Assembly: GCA_013265495.1 (NCBI GenBank)
Contig: MU057999.1
Coordinates: 1 to 64,000, forward strand
Direction of reading: 5' to 3'
Length of the DNA stretch: 64,000 nt
DNA from: Vicugna vicugna
Lineage: Eukaryota
Shown here: one piece after another, positions 23,861 to 36,340 of the stretch
Position numbering within the stretch: position 1 is the stretch's first letter
Layout: each line of letters starts with the position of its first letter
The notes under the pieces: model-generated
What the model was told of the DNA's origin: nothing
Database searches by the model: none
The model's input: only the letters and a program-made list of their open reading frames with translations
Position numbers and translations under genes: made by a program

Positions 23861-24694
23861 CAAATGCATGACAAAAGAGAGGGAGAAAAGGACGGGGAGA
23901 GGAGGGAGGGAAAGAAAGGACGTTAGAGGGAGTCTGCTCTCAGATCAGTCCCAGGTAAATGCCCAAAGGGGGCCCCTGGGTGACTGGTGGTGCCCCAGCG
24001 GGTCTCTGAGGGCAGGGTTGTCTTGCCAAGCTGCCTGGCATTCAGCAGCATTTCACTATATGAAAGTCGCCTCTCATTTTGGCCATAGGACTTGATGTTT
24101 GTGAAAGATGGAACTCTACTGTATTAACATGATAAAGTCATCATGTTGCTAGAGTTAATGAAAGATGGAGTCCAGTGTTCTGCCAGAAGTCCAGGGCTCC
24201 GGCATCATCTGGCCGAGTGGCAGAGCTCTGCACCTGTGCGTATGCAGGCATGGCTGGGGGCCCACAGTTTCCCATAAAAACACTTCATCAGCAAGTTGTT
24301 GGCTTCACTCCATCATTACCAACTTAGTTTACTGTGGAGTTGTTAATTCGTTTTGCTCTCTAGATAGTGTCTGGTAATGCACATTTGTATCAACAGTGCT
24401 TAGGGCCTATAATTTTCCATCATCTAGACTTTAAGACTTCCATGAGCTACGTTAACAAATTAGCTACATCCCTATTGCTAAAGTTTGAGACCACTGGTCT
24501 AGGTGATATGGTCTAGGTTAAATCCCATCCAAATAATTTCCAGGTTAAAAATACACAACACTGAGAACCTGGGATGCTGGCCCAGAGTCTCTCAGCTCAG
24601 TGACAGAGCTGGGATTTGAACCCAGGCCTCTGGGTGCAGCAATGTTTTGAAGGAAGAAACTTCCAGTAGACCGTGAGCCTCATGGCACAGCCAC

Positions 24695-25055
24695 AGGGCT
24701 ATGACAGTTTCTAGGCTGACCATAAGAGGTCAAAAGGTGGCGGGGGGAGGGGGTCCTGGAAATCCCCACCCCTTTCCCAAAGTAGTTGGAATAATCCTCC
24801 TACTCATTAGCATATGAAATTACTGAGCCCATAAAACCTAACAGCTCCGCACCTCGCGGTTGCTCTGGCTCTTGCCTTCTGAGACGGCCCACGTTCTGCC
24901 TATGGAGTGTGTATCTCCAAAGCCGTTTTCCCTTCTGAGACAGACCCCACTCTGTCTGTGAGTGTGTATCTCTCTAAATAAACTTGCTTTTCACTTTACT
25001 CTCTAAATAAACTTGCTTTCAGGAAAATTCTTTCCTGAGCAAGGCAAGAACCTAT
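24695..25055 (+). mobile_element. ERV1-class LTR (partial)
   Basis: cctggaaatccccacccctttccc, ggaataatcctcctactcattagcatatgaaatt, cccataaaa (TATA-like), ctatggagtgtgtatctc, aataaacttgcttt, aattctttcctg..caagaacc. Confidence 0.7.
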
Positions 25056-25583
25056 TCTCCCACAACAGATGGACAAGCATTAGCAGAACTTGCTGCCCCG
25101 GAAGGAGAAACTTAGAGCATCCAACCCTACACGGACAAAGCATAGCCCTCCACACACCATGATCTGTCACAAATGCCCCCTTCCTGAGCACCTGGGACTT
25201 ACAGGTGTGTGGCCCAGCTGCAGCTCAGCTCCCCTGCAAGGCTAACCCCGCTGCAGGGCTGAAAGGTCGGGTGGGGCAGGCGCGGGTTGGGGAGCTGCAG
25301 AGCATTCAGAGGAACGGCTCCAGAGGGTCAATGACCAGGCCCCAGAAAACCTATTTACTTTAATAAATCAACTTACAAATGTTACACAAAGGAACATCTG
25401 ATCATTTTGAAAACCCCTGTATGAACAAAAAAGACTTGCTGCCGAGATAAGCTCCTGGGGGAAATGGCTTCCCCGGGTCGGATGCTGGGCCAGAGGGGCT
25501 TGGAGCCCGGAGGGCCTGTGCTGGGAGGCAGCATGGGTGGCAGAGCATCCCCAGTGGGATCAAACTGGGAGGTGCTGGGACAC

Positions 25584-26020
25584 TATGGTGGGTTGAAGAG
25601 TGCCCCCCACCCCACAAATTCTGTCCCCCTGGAACCTCAGGATGTGACCTTATCTGGAAAAAGGGTCTTCATGAATGCATGAGTTAAGGGCCTCAAGATG
25701 AAAAATCATCCAGGAGTTAGGGTGGGCCCTAAATCCAATGACTGGTGCCCTTATAAGAAGAGGAGAGGACACACAGACACAGCGAGAAGGCCGTGTGAGA
25801 CAGAGGCAGAGATCAGAGCCATGAAGCGCCACGCCAGGGATGGCCGGAGCTGCCAGCAGCCGGGAGTGGCAGGCAGGATTCTCTCGGAGGCCTTCCGAGG
25901 GAGCTCAGCTCCGCTGATTCCAGAATTCTGGCCTCCAGAATTGTAAGAACATAAATCTCTGTTGTTTAAAGCCACTTGGTTTGTGGCAACTTGTCATAGC
26001 AGCCTCAGGAAACTAATACA
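25584..26020 (+). mobile_element. MaLR solo LTR (MLT1B/C-like), near full length
   Basis: atggtgggttgaa, gaacctcaggatgtgaccttatctggaaaaagggtctt, gggtgggccctaaatccaatgactggtgcccttataaga; ends tagcagcctcaggaaactaataca. Confidence 0.9.
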
Positions 26021-28303
26021 GACCAAGGGTGAGAGAGGTACGCCGCGGGGCAGAGCGGCCAGATCTCTGAGGAGCTGGGAACAACTCAGGCGGCCCCTCG
26101 GCCTGTGAGGTGCAGTGATGCTGTCCCCTTCCTGAAGGCACCGTGGGACCCAGGGAGTGCCCCAGTGAGTCCTCCAGAGATGCTCCCGGGAGCAGGTGAG
26201 GGTGGGTGAGCTCCAGCAGACCGGGACCCATTAGGCTGCTTTCCTAACCTGTGCTGTGGTGGGAGGTCCAGGCATGGGCCTGGGAGGCTCCAGCCTTGGC
26301 TGTCAGCTCATCTCAGTCATCACTGAGATTTAAAAATACTAGTGCCTGAGCTAGCCTGGGCATCTCTGGCCATCCCCTCAGCAGGTAATGCTAGCGTCCA
26401 GCCAAGTTGGAGAACCCGTGAGGGACCCGTGAAAAAACCCGGAGGAGCGCATCTCCCCCCACAACTCCCAGGTGCCAGCTGGCTCCAGTGTGGTTTCAAA
26501 CAGGTGGGCCAAGGGCCAGGCGGGTAGGTGGGTTTCACTGGCCTCTGGAGGGGGAGGGGGGCTAGTCTCACCACAGTTTCTTCTTAGTACATTTTGAAAG
26601 AGGTTTCTTAGTTGGCGTTTTATACAAGAGAATTGTTGCAGACATGACTCTCACCAGGCCGTTTCTAAGTCTTGATCTTTCCCTTCTTTAAGTGAGTGGA
26701 TTTAGACCAGGTGATGGGTGGGGTGGTGGGAGGTTGGGGCATGCGTGTGTCAGAAGGAGAACAAGGTACACGTGCGTGTAGGGGCAGTGCCAGGCAGGAG
26801 GCGGCTGGAGACCCACTTTCCCGAGGCCACAGGCCAACAAGTTGGCTTCTCCCCAGGGCCTGTGGGGGAGCCCCGCTCTGCAGGTCCGGTGGGCCCTCAC
26901 GCTAGCCCCTGGGGCCTCAGGCATGCTCAGCCCCAGACAGAGGGAGGCTGGCTGCCACCCAGGGTGAGACTGAAGTCCCTCCACCATCCATGCCCCGGTT
27001 CAGGGCAGGACCAGATTCTGTGGTAGCTTTCTCCTACTGCCTCTCCAAACACAGAGTAAGCACTTGACAGACCTCGGCCATCAGAATAAGTGAATGGGGG
27101 CGGGGGATGGGACACACACAGGAAGGATGGGAGGGAGGGAGTGGTGCCTCTGTCCTGGGAACTGTCTGGGCACCTCAGCTAATCAAGGTAGGGGCTCTGC
27201 TGGGCTGTACTGGCTGACAAACAGGACATTTGTGGGTGGCAGTGAGGCATGGTCACAGTGCCGGGGGACAACTGGGGACACCCCCAGAGCCCTTGGGGAT
27301 CTTGGCTACTCCCGGAGTGTCTCTGCCAGCACGTTAAGGAAAAACAGTTCCCCCTCTCCATCTCCAGAGAATTCATTAGCATGAGCCTGTGTACGCACAA
27401 AATTGGAGCCCCAGCCTCTTAGTCTAATTACCATTTTAGAGGGTATTGGGAAAGAAACTGTACCTGCAGCAAAAAAAAAAAAAAAAACTCAGAAAAACCT
27501 GCTGTGGGGAGGGCACTTGCTCTCCTCTGGGCTTCCTCCGCCTCTTGCCACAACATTGGACATCGACACTGGGCCCCTATGGCCTGTCAGTCTGATGGAG
27601 TCTAAAAACCAAGGCAGACAATGTCTCTTGAAGCCACTTTGGTACCAGCAGGCACCTGACACCAGCTGTGGGGGGCAGGCCCTGTGCTGGGCCCACGAAT
27701 GCAGCAGTGGATCCCAGGGGTCCTGGCCTTACCCAGGCCCCGAGCCCATCCAGGAGCCAGAGCAGGAGTTCCTGTAGAGTTGGGAGGCCAAAGGAGCCCT
27801 GAGGTCCATGTGCCAGGGGAAAAGGGGCGTGGAAGAGCATGGAGGGCCCCAACTGCAGAGCAAACGTGTGCTCTGAGCCTTGATGAGTCAGAGGAATTTT
27901 TCACAGCAGAAGAGAGGAGAGAAGAGGGAAGGGCGTTTCAGCAGAAGCAACATCACAGGCCAGGCATGGAGGCATGACAGGATCACTGAGCAGGAAGCAG
28001 CAAGCAGGGAGGCCCGCTGGACCACAGGATATAGGACAAGCAGTGGGCCATGGGAGGTGACACTGGAGACGGAGGTGAGCTGAGATTTTGAGGGACTCAA
28101 GTGACTTGGGGAGGAGTTGAGGCTTTGATCCATGCCAGTGAGGACCACTGCAAAGGCCCTGGGGCCACCTCTGCCTCCCACCACTGCCAAGAACACCAAC
28201 CACAAGTGTCACTATTATCAGTTGGACATTAATAAGAAATATTATAAATGACTTAATATTTAAAAAATCAAATAACCAAAATAATATCTGTGAGGCCATT
28301 CAT

Positions 28304-28324
28304 ACACACACACACACACACACA
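28304..28324 (+). repeat. (AC)n microsatellite
   Basis: Read directly. Confidence 0.9.
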
Positions 28325-28789
28325 AATAAGTGAATACAAGTCAGACTTGAGAACTGAAGTCCGTTAGAGCAGTGACTCGAATGCAAGACGACGCAGTGGG
28401 GCTCCCCCTGTGGGAGAGGTCTCTGACAAGCCCACCAGGGTACAAAGCCCTGGTCTGGAGAAACTCAACCAACACGAAGTGCAGCTGCAATCATCATCCC
28501 AGAGCCGACGCACAAGGCTGTGCACGTCACTTGGGGCCCCACGTCCTCACCCTTCAGTCAATTCTTACCAAGTACACTAGGTATCTGGTATTTCAGATGA
28601 CAGCAGGAAAAGCAGGGATTGAGAGGGAGGCAGAGAAAGGGGCTGTATTTGAGGCAAAGATACTGACTAGTCCAGAGGGAGACAGACAGGCTGAACAGTA
28701 GACAGAGAGCTGTGATCCGTAGTGAGCTGTGGTCTGTACACTTCGTAAGTCCAGGAAGGTTGGCAGACCTCTTAGCACAGCAGCCCCCA

Positions 28790-29060
28790 GTGTGTTCTAT
28801 AAATCCTTTGAGGATTCGATGGCAAAAGGATTCCATGACTAAATACATCCAGGAGATCCTGCACACTGCACCTCTATTTCTACAAATCAAAACCATACAT
28901 TGATACAGTAAAGGCCCTGAGAAGCCCTGCAGTAGAGAAGTCCGTTTACTTTTGTCCAGAGTTCTCTAAATTTATACAAGCATTGAACCTTTCTCCCTGC
29001 CTTTTTTTTTCTCGAATAACACCTACTAACATTCCTGAGAACCAGTATCTCACAGAACCC
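28790..29060. mobile_element. Ancient DNA-transposon (MER) relic, copy 2
   Basis: Core agtaaaggccctgagaagccctgcag..cctactaacatt, similar to 21600-21875. Confidence 0.55.
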
Positions 29061-29413
29061 AGTGGCTTAAAAAAATGCATTATAGTTTCTGTCTTAAGGA
29101 AGGAAACAATACATTTTTTCTCAAAAATAGTTGAAATGATTAACTTCAGCTCCTTGCATTAAAAGCTATAGTTGCAGGGAAAATTCATATCATTTGCACA
29201 AACCTGCCCACTCATCAGCGGTGCCAGGAAAGTGAAATATTACTGACCCCCAAGAGCTCAGACTTAGGCCATCTGGAGTCACCGCTATTTGACTCCAGGC
29301 CACCTTTGAGAGCCAGGAGCCACACAGGTCACTCCATCCAGTCTCTTGCCCATGTAAGGTGGGGTTAGGCCCATCACACCAGCCTCTCCAAGGAAGAAAG
29401 TGCCTTAGCAACC

Positions 29414-29446
<33 letters not shown>

Positions 29447-29461
29447 TGAGTGTGTGTGTGT
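29414..29461 (+). repeat. Interrupted (TG)n microsatellite
   Basis: Read directly; about 270 nt into intron 2. Confidence 0.9.
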
Positions 29462-29727
29462 ATGAAGGTCCAGCAAACAGCCACACTCGAGAAGCAAGTT
29501 CTTCTGCTCTTTCACTTCCCTCATTTTGCGTTTCCTTCAGGGAGGTTTGGATTTTCAGAAGGGCTCAGGGTCTTCACCGGGCTGGGACCAGTGCACAGAT
29601 GGGAAAATCCTCCAAGGCTATATGGACACCCTGGGACCCGCGAATGCCCTGCTCTCACCCCAGCATCAGCGAGCCGGTCATGGCTGCAGACACCACGGGC
29701 GCTCGGGGCGGGGACCCAGGAGCTCAC

Positions 29728-29786
29728 CTGGTACGTGTTGTCGAAGCTGTCATACATGAACCGCGTGATCAGAGACGTCTTCCCGA
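29728..29786 (-). CDS. RAB6B: RAB6B coding exon 2 (VGKTSLITRFMYDSFDNTYQ, 59 nt)
   Basis: Acceptor TTTTACAG|, donor CAG|GTGAGC. Phase joins exon 1. Peptide visible in ORF 29521..29850. Confidence 0.98.
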
Positions 29787-31139
29787 CTGTAAAACAAGAA
29801 GAGAGGGGTTCAGCCGTGATCCACGCTAGGATCCAAGCTCCTCTAAACACATCTCACGTGACAAAAACAGACAATGAAACAAAAAACCCAGAGGAGAAGA
29901 AGAGATGCAGAAGCAGAAGTGGAAGGCGGGAGTACCACCCTCCACCGCCCCCACAGCCCCCACCACCCCACAGCCCCCACCGCCCCAAAGAGAGAGACCT
30001 CGAGGCGAGGTAGCCCTGTCTACACCTGCAGGGCCACATGGGAGTTCTTGCCCGGCACCAAGGAGGCTTCCCCCCCGCCTTGTGAATTCTTACCACCCAA
30101 ATCCAGGTCTCCCCACAAGAGCCCAAACGATGCAAGAGCCTCCCATGAAGAATCAGAGCAAGCGTGTGCACTACAAGGTGCTCCCCTCAGTGCGCCCACG
30201 TTCACCTGGAAATACTGCCTTGCCATTGGTCACAGGCGGGGAGGGGGGCAGGCTCCTTTACTTCCCAGCCGTTCAGCCTGGGGACTGGTGAGGAAGGTGG
30301 CTTTTCAAGGAATGAGGGGGCAGGGGGAGTAAATGGATCATTTCCCAGTGTCTCTCATGGGCAGGACTAGTCTCCATAATGTGTGAGCCCCTTCTGACCG
30401 TCCAGCTTTTCATAGGATGCTTAGCGTCCCTGGACCTCGCTGGGGAAATGCTGGCAGGCTCTTCAGTCATTGTGGACTCCCCTGGACATCTGCAAATGCC
30501 CTCTAAGGGGCAGTAACACCCCCAACCGAGAAGCACTGGTATGGTTTAGGGAATCCCACGAGTGCTGCTAATTTCCCAAACTGCAGTGTTTGGCTTCTGA
30601 CCTAACCCTGTGCGGGTCCCCTGGGGCCTGGCAGCAGCAGAAATGCCTACTACAGCGTTTCTGAGTATCTGGGAGGGGAGGAAGGAGGAGAAGGAGCATT
30701 TGTTAGGTCAGGCCCAGCATGGGGTGCTTCTCCACACCATCCCACCGAGTCGGCCATGGCCCTGGAAAGCTCAGAGGGGACTAGACCGGCAGGGCTTGGC
30801 TCAGAGCCCCTTCTGCTCCAAGCTGCTGGAGACAGATAACTCTGGCGGGGAAAGCAAAAGAGCCAGCACCCAAGAGTTCTCCATTATGCCTCTTCCCGAT
30901 TCTCAGACGGGATGTCCACAGGCTGGGCCTGGCAGGTGGCTGGTCACTGCCGGGATAGAGCATGGCAACCCAACAGGGCTCCTCTGGGAAAGGCCCTATT
31001 CCAGCATGGAAGCCTCAATAGGACACCAGGCATCAGACGAATGCGACCCTCTCTCAACAGCCGGCATTTGTAAAGGAAAGGCAATTGTCTTCCAGCCAGA
31101 AGGAGCACCTGACACACTGTGGGGCAAACTTAGATGCCC

Positions 31140-31340
31140 CACCTTTGAGCCAGGATTGGTTAGCTGGATTCAAAGCCTGGGGGTACTATTTAGCTGTGTC
31201 ATTTTGAGGTGGTCACCACCCCTCTGAACCACAGTGCCTCATTTTAAAACGGGCACAACAACATCAGAGATTTCAAAGGGCAGTACTAAGAATCAAGTAA
31301 GATAACAAAAGTGCCAGGCACGTGGAAAATGCTTAAAAGT
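31140..31340 (+). mobile_element. MIR fragment
   Basis: ctggattcaaagcctgg, tagctgtgtcattttgagg, ctctgaaccacagtgcctcattttaaaa. Confidence 0.6.
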
Positions 31341-31415
31341 GGAAGGAGGGAGCAGGCAGCTGTGACAGCTGAGGCCATCTCCAGATACCAGCTGAAAAAC
31401 AAACACCACCACCTC

Positions 31416-32113
31416 TGCGGTATGGCAAAGAATCTGACTCCTCTTTGGTTCTTGGGTGGGAGTAAAAGTACTGTCTTTGCTATTTCTGAGTCCCTGGATC
31501 ACACCAGAGCTTCTGCTCATGAGGTGACTCCTGGTGGGCCCCTAATGGCTTCAGGGTGGGGTTATGCCAGCGGGACCAACCTTGTGATTAGAGCTTGGGG
31601 CTTTGAGCCCACGAGGGAAGGCAGGGTGGAGACTGAGTTCAGTCACGTGGCTGACGCTCAATCAACAGTGCCTAAGCCATGAAACCCCAATAACACCGAA
31701 GCTTTCTGGTTGGTGGACACACCCACGTGCCAGGAGGGCGAGGTACCCCGACTTCACAGGGAGAAGGCACGCAGCTCAGTACCAGGTCCTCCCAGACCCT
31801 GACCTTTGTGTCTTTTCTTTGGGCTGTTCCTGGTTTGTATCTTTCACAGACAAACTGTCATTAAGTGGAATGCTTCCCTGAGTTCTGTGAGTTGATGCGG
31901 TGAACTATGGAAGCTGAGGAGGGTCGTGGGGACCCCCAGATTTGTAGCCAGTTGGTCAGAAGTGCAGGTGTCCCTGGGGATCCCACTCACAGCTGGTGCC
32001 TGAAGTGGACGGCAGTCTCTCTGGGGACTAGGTCCTTAAACCTGGGCAGTCTGACATCAACTCGGGGTGGGCAGAGCCGGGACTGAATTGCAGTACACCT
32101 GCTGGTGTCAGAA
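31416..32113 (+). mobile_element. MER21-like LTR
   Basis: gaccaaccttgtgattagag, gactgagttcagtcacgtggc, ctgagttctgtgagt, tttgtagccagttggtcagaagt, ggactgaattg..cctgctggtgtcagaa. Confidence 0.75.
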
Positions 32114-34305
32114 CAGTCTCATTTCTCTTCTGAACATCTCTGGGCTGAGCAGTAATGCACCCAGGATCTCCTGTAAGTTACCTGGAAACTGCTTTTTGAG
32201 TTTCCAACAGAAATTTTAAGTATGTACAGTGCTTTCCAATTGCTTTAAATTCACATGAAGGTGTGAAGTGGGGGCTTCCCATACCCGGAGGATCTGCTCG
32301 GAGACTATACAGCCACAGAAAGGCCTAGCTGGGAACTGCTTAGGGGACAAAAGAGTGAAAAGTGGAGTAACCCCAGCTAGCAGGAGGGGGACGAGATCAG
32401 GGAGCACACAGCATCCTCCTTTTCCAAGAGAAAATGGGAAGTTACTTCCTCTTCAGGAAGAGAGGCACGGCGGGGCCCACTGGTAGCTTCCCTTGGTGGT
32501 GATACACAGCATCCTACACCTCGGGGAGAAGGGGGCGGGCATCGGGGAGCAGGGTGAAGAGAAGGTGGAAAAGCACCACCCTCTTCTCCACCAGGCTCTT
32601 CCCTGAGCTGAGCAGGCGGGGAGGAGAGACAGCCGAATCCCAAAACGCCGCTAAAGGAACCGGAGGTTCATGGAGTAGCTGAGAGTTTAGGAATCCTCAC
32701 CTGGCTTCTCATGCCAAGTTCCCCCTTCTCAAGGCCACAGCCACGGCCAGTGGCATCGCACTGGCTGGCAGGGTGACCGCTGGGAGGAAGGAGAAAATCA
32801 CAAGGAAACCAGCCGTGTCTTGGGACTGTGCAGGAGGAACGTTAGGTGTGGGTCCTGGTCGGTGCCAGCATTTCCTGAGCTTTCCCACAATCAACAAAAC
32901 ACCTGAACCCTGTATTTACAGAGCACATTTGAGGCACACCCCAAGGGCTGAACCAGGCAAAGATTTACACAACAGCAGTAAACAGAGGAGATGGGACACC
33001 TGCCTGCCAGAAGCTTGCAGGACTTCTGTGCCTGCAGCAGTGCTGCACTCAGCCCTTAAGACCACCCTGGTTAGTCCTCAAGTCCGAAGCGGGTACTCAT
33101 GTCATCTCCGTTGATCCAAGGGGAAGCAAGCTGACAGCATCCTGCCCAGGGCCGGAGCCGAGTGCGGCCAGGATGAGGCGGCTGGACCAGGAACTGAGCT
33201 CCTATTCCGGACGCTCCTCAGAATCCTTGGGTCCTGCTGGATTTCAGGATTTTTCTGGTTTGCTATTGCCACCACCGTGGACGTCACAGCCCTCACCAGG
33301 GATAGCCTTGTCAAGCCAAGGCACCTTTTTCTTGAGATGGGCTGGAGGTGGGGGCCTCGCCCTACTTAGTCAGTGCTTGACCCAATCTGGAAGGTCAGAA
33401 ACTGGGGATTAAGGCCCCTGTGGGGTACAAGGGGGGCCCAGAAAGCAGGAGGGGGAGTTTGAATGCCTGGGGCAGAGCACACCAACTGAGGCCTGGACTC
33501 ATTGACTTGCTGCAAAACGGAGTGATTTCTCCCCATCCTTCTAGGCCAGTTTTTCTCTTCCCTCAGAGCAGAAGCCCTCCCCTTCTCTGCCTGACTGTTT
33601 CCCCAAGACCACTCAGGCTTTTTCCACAGCTGTCAGGATAATATGGCTCAGACCCTGCCTGAACCTGCCAGCTTGGCCTCCCTGCTTAGAGCCCTCCCAT
33701 TGCCCGTCCTTCCCCGTGGCCCTCGTCTGTCACTGCAGGTAAATGTGCATCAACACTGTGGCTGGTGTGTCCCGTCCCCGCCCCAACCTGAGCAAGACTG
33801 ACCACAGGGCTGTCACCCTGATCCTTGGCCCCAGGGCTCCAGTGCGGGGCTCACCAGTCTGCAGGAGACCCACCAGCGCTCAGAGCAGAGCCTGGGCCAC
33901 CCTGTCCAAGGGGAAATTTGGGAAGGTGTCCTCCGCGCTTTGTCTCTAGGGCCCTGGGGCAGAGCTTTACAAAGGAGCCCTTTACCCACTGGTGCCCTGG
34001 CATCACATAAAGGAGCTGGGGGGTAAGGGGGCCACCTGTGCCATGTTCCTCTCCCCCTGAAGGGCAGAGGCCCCTTCCTCACCGCATACCCCACCCTCAA
34101 CAACTGCCCTGGGTGGAAGGTGCTGGAACCTGGAAACAGAGAGCTTGCACAGCCCACCTACTTGGTCACTCTCAGTGTCACCATAAAGAGCAGCAGGACA
34201 GCTGGAGCCATCACCTGACTGGGCACTGCCGCTGGGCCAAGGCCAAGGGGGTACCCAAGAGAGGCAGCACATTCAAGCAGCTCAGACAGGGCTGGGCAGT
34301 GGGAG

Positions 34306-34330
34306 GGGCCAGAGACATGGGGGGGCGCCC

Positions 34331-34372
<42 letters not shown>

Positions 34373-34405
34373 AGGGCCAGAGACATGGGGGGGCGCCCTC
34401 CCCCC
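34306..34405. repeat. 32-bp direct duplication overlapping a C41 homopolymer
   Basis: GGGCCAGAGACATGGGGGGGCGCCCTCCCCCC at 34306 and 34374; C run 34332-34372. Confidence 0.9.
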
Positions 34406-35426
34406 TCTCCTCTCCCCCCTCCGCCCCCACCCCCTATCCGGCCTGCAGCCCTGAGAGAGCTGCCCTCCCCACACAGCTGTTCTCAAGGTCACCCCATCCC
34501 ACTTCCCTTCCAACAGCTCTCAGACAAGACTGCAGCACAGCGAAGCTCTTTCCGAGGGCAAAGATTCAGCTCTACTGGCAGGATTTTATTAGAAACAAGT
34601 AGGCAAATCATTATTGAGCTTTCTTCCTCTCTGCTCGTGGCTCAGCAATATTCCTGTAATCTTCTGGTAGTTTAGTCCCACACGATTAAGCAAGGAGATG
34701 CATTTTTCCTCTTTTGAGAATTCGTTACTTGAGCACTGACTAGGAGCCTCCAGAAAGAGGGAATGGAAACGCTAACTCTCCCTGGGCTTCTATTCAGAGC
34801 CAGACAAGAACTTCCTGGGTTTCCTCACGTAATCCTTGTCATGATCCGGAGTTCGTTCTTATCCCCATGTCACGGAGCTGGGAAGCAGTGGAGCTGCCGT
34901 ATAAACCCAGAAACGACGCCGAAGTCCTCAGCTTGTGCACCACGTTGCGCCGGTTTATGGAAAGGTCTGACCAGCAGCAAAGCAGGAGATCACAAAGGGC
35001 AGGGGCCCGGGTGGCTGGGCAGGCAGGGGGGCTGCAAGGAGGGGGCAGGGCAGCTGCCCAATGGTGGGAAGGGGGGCATGGGGGCAAAGGGGAACAGGCA
35101 TTTCAGGTGGGGGAACACGGTGAGCAAACGCAGAGGCAGGGAAAGGAAAAGCTTGTGGGGAGAGAGGGGAGGCGACAAGCCAGGTTACGGGCGGTGGGGG
35201 CAGCGGCATGGTCGAGAGTGTGGGGCACACACTTGGAAGCCTCTATAGCCACATCCGACCTTTGTCTCAGGGAAAATGGGGCCAGACGGGGTGTGTGAGG
35301 AGAAGAGTAAGTGACAAGCATTGTTAAAGCAAGTGCACTATGGCCAGCAGATTGATTTAAACCAAATTCCATCTCTGGGGCCAGTAGCGGAGGGAGGGAA
35401 GGGACAGACAGAGGCAAGCCTGGGGG

Positions 35427-35840
35427 TGTTGCCGAAAAATCAGCCTCTGCACCCCGAGAGGCAAACTCAAACTCAGAGGCAGAGTTTGGGGAGCAAAGGA
35501 CAGAGCAGCTTTATAATTTTGCCCGGCAAAGGGAGTCAGAGCAGGCTAACGCCTTAAAGATCGTGAGCCCCTCTTGGAGCTGGGGTCTTGAGGTTTTACA
35601 GAAAACCTGGACGGAACAGAAAAGGTGATAACAATCAGGGTGTTTTACAGGGTGCCGTATTCCTCTTAACCTCAACAAATCTTCAGGAGGCACTCCGGCG
35701 GGTCTGTCCACTCTTCTGAATTAGCAGTCCATTATCTCCATCCTGGAGCTTAGCCTCTCGATTAAAGTTATTCTCAGTAGTGGATGAATCAGCAAACAGT
35801 TTTGCATCAGGGAAGTCAGTTTGTTAGTTTGCTTTATACG
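35427..35840 (-). mobile_element. Lineage-specific ERV LTR-like insertion
   Basis: Abrupt start tgttgccgaa and agctttataattttgcccggcaaaggg..gcaggctaacgccttaaaga, resembling artiodactyl ERV1 LTRs in reverse orientation. Family uncertain. Confidence 0.55.
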
Positions 35841-35889
35841 CCCTCAGGGGGGCAGGGTTGAGATGGCCGGGCCATGCGGCCACATGAAG

Positions 35890-36340
35890 GAGCGTGGATC
35901 CTCTCTCCGGGTGCCTGTGACTGGCAGAAATGGCACTGTGTGCGACTCTGAAGGCCGGGTTAGAAAAGGCAGCTCCGCTTCTGTCTGGGTCCCTCACACC
36001 CCGGGAGCTAGCCCTTCATCCCAGCCGCCATGCTGTGAGGAAGCTCAGTGCCGCCTATACATGGGAGTACCACCCGGAGACACCCATGCAGCAAGAAAGG
36101 GACGCCCCCCGCCAGCAGCCAGCAGACCTGTGGGCGGGCCAGCCTTCAGATGACTCAAGCCCCAGCCTTGGAGCCCTCAAAGTGGAACAGAGACACCCTT
36201 TCCCCACCAGGACCCACCCAAACTACAGATTCCTGAGCATCAGTACACATTCTTGTTGTCTTGACCCACTAAGTTGTTTGTTTGTTTTTTTTTTGGTAGG
36301 GGGGATTGTTGTTACATAGCATTAGGTAACCAGAGTAACA
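35890..36340 (+). mobile_element. MaLR LTR (MLT1F/G-like)
   Basis: cagccgccatgctgtgaggaagc, cagatgactcaagccccagcc, cccaaactacagattcctgagca, ttgttacatagcattaggtaacc. Confidence 0.75.
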
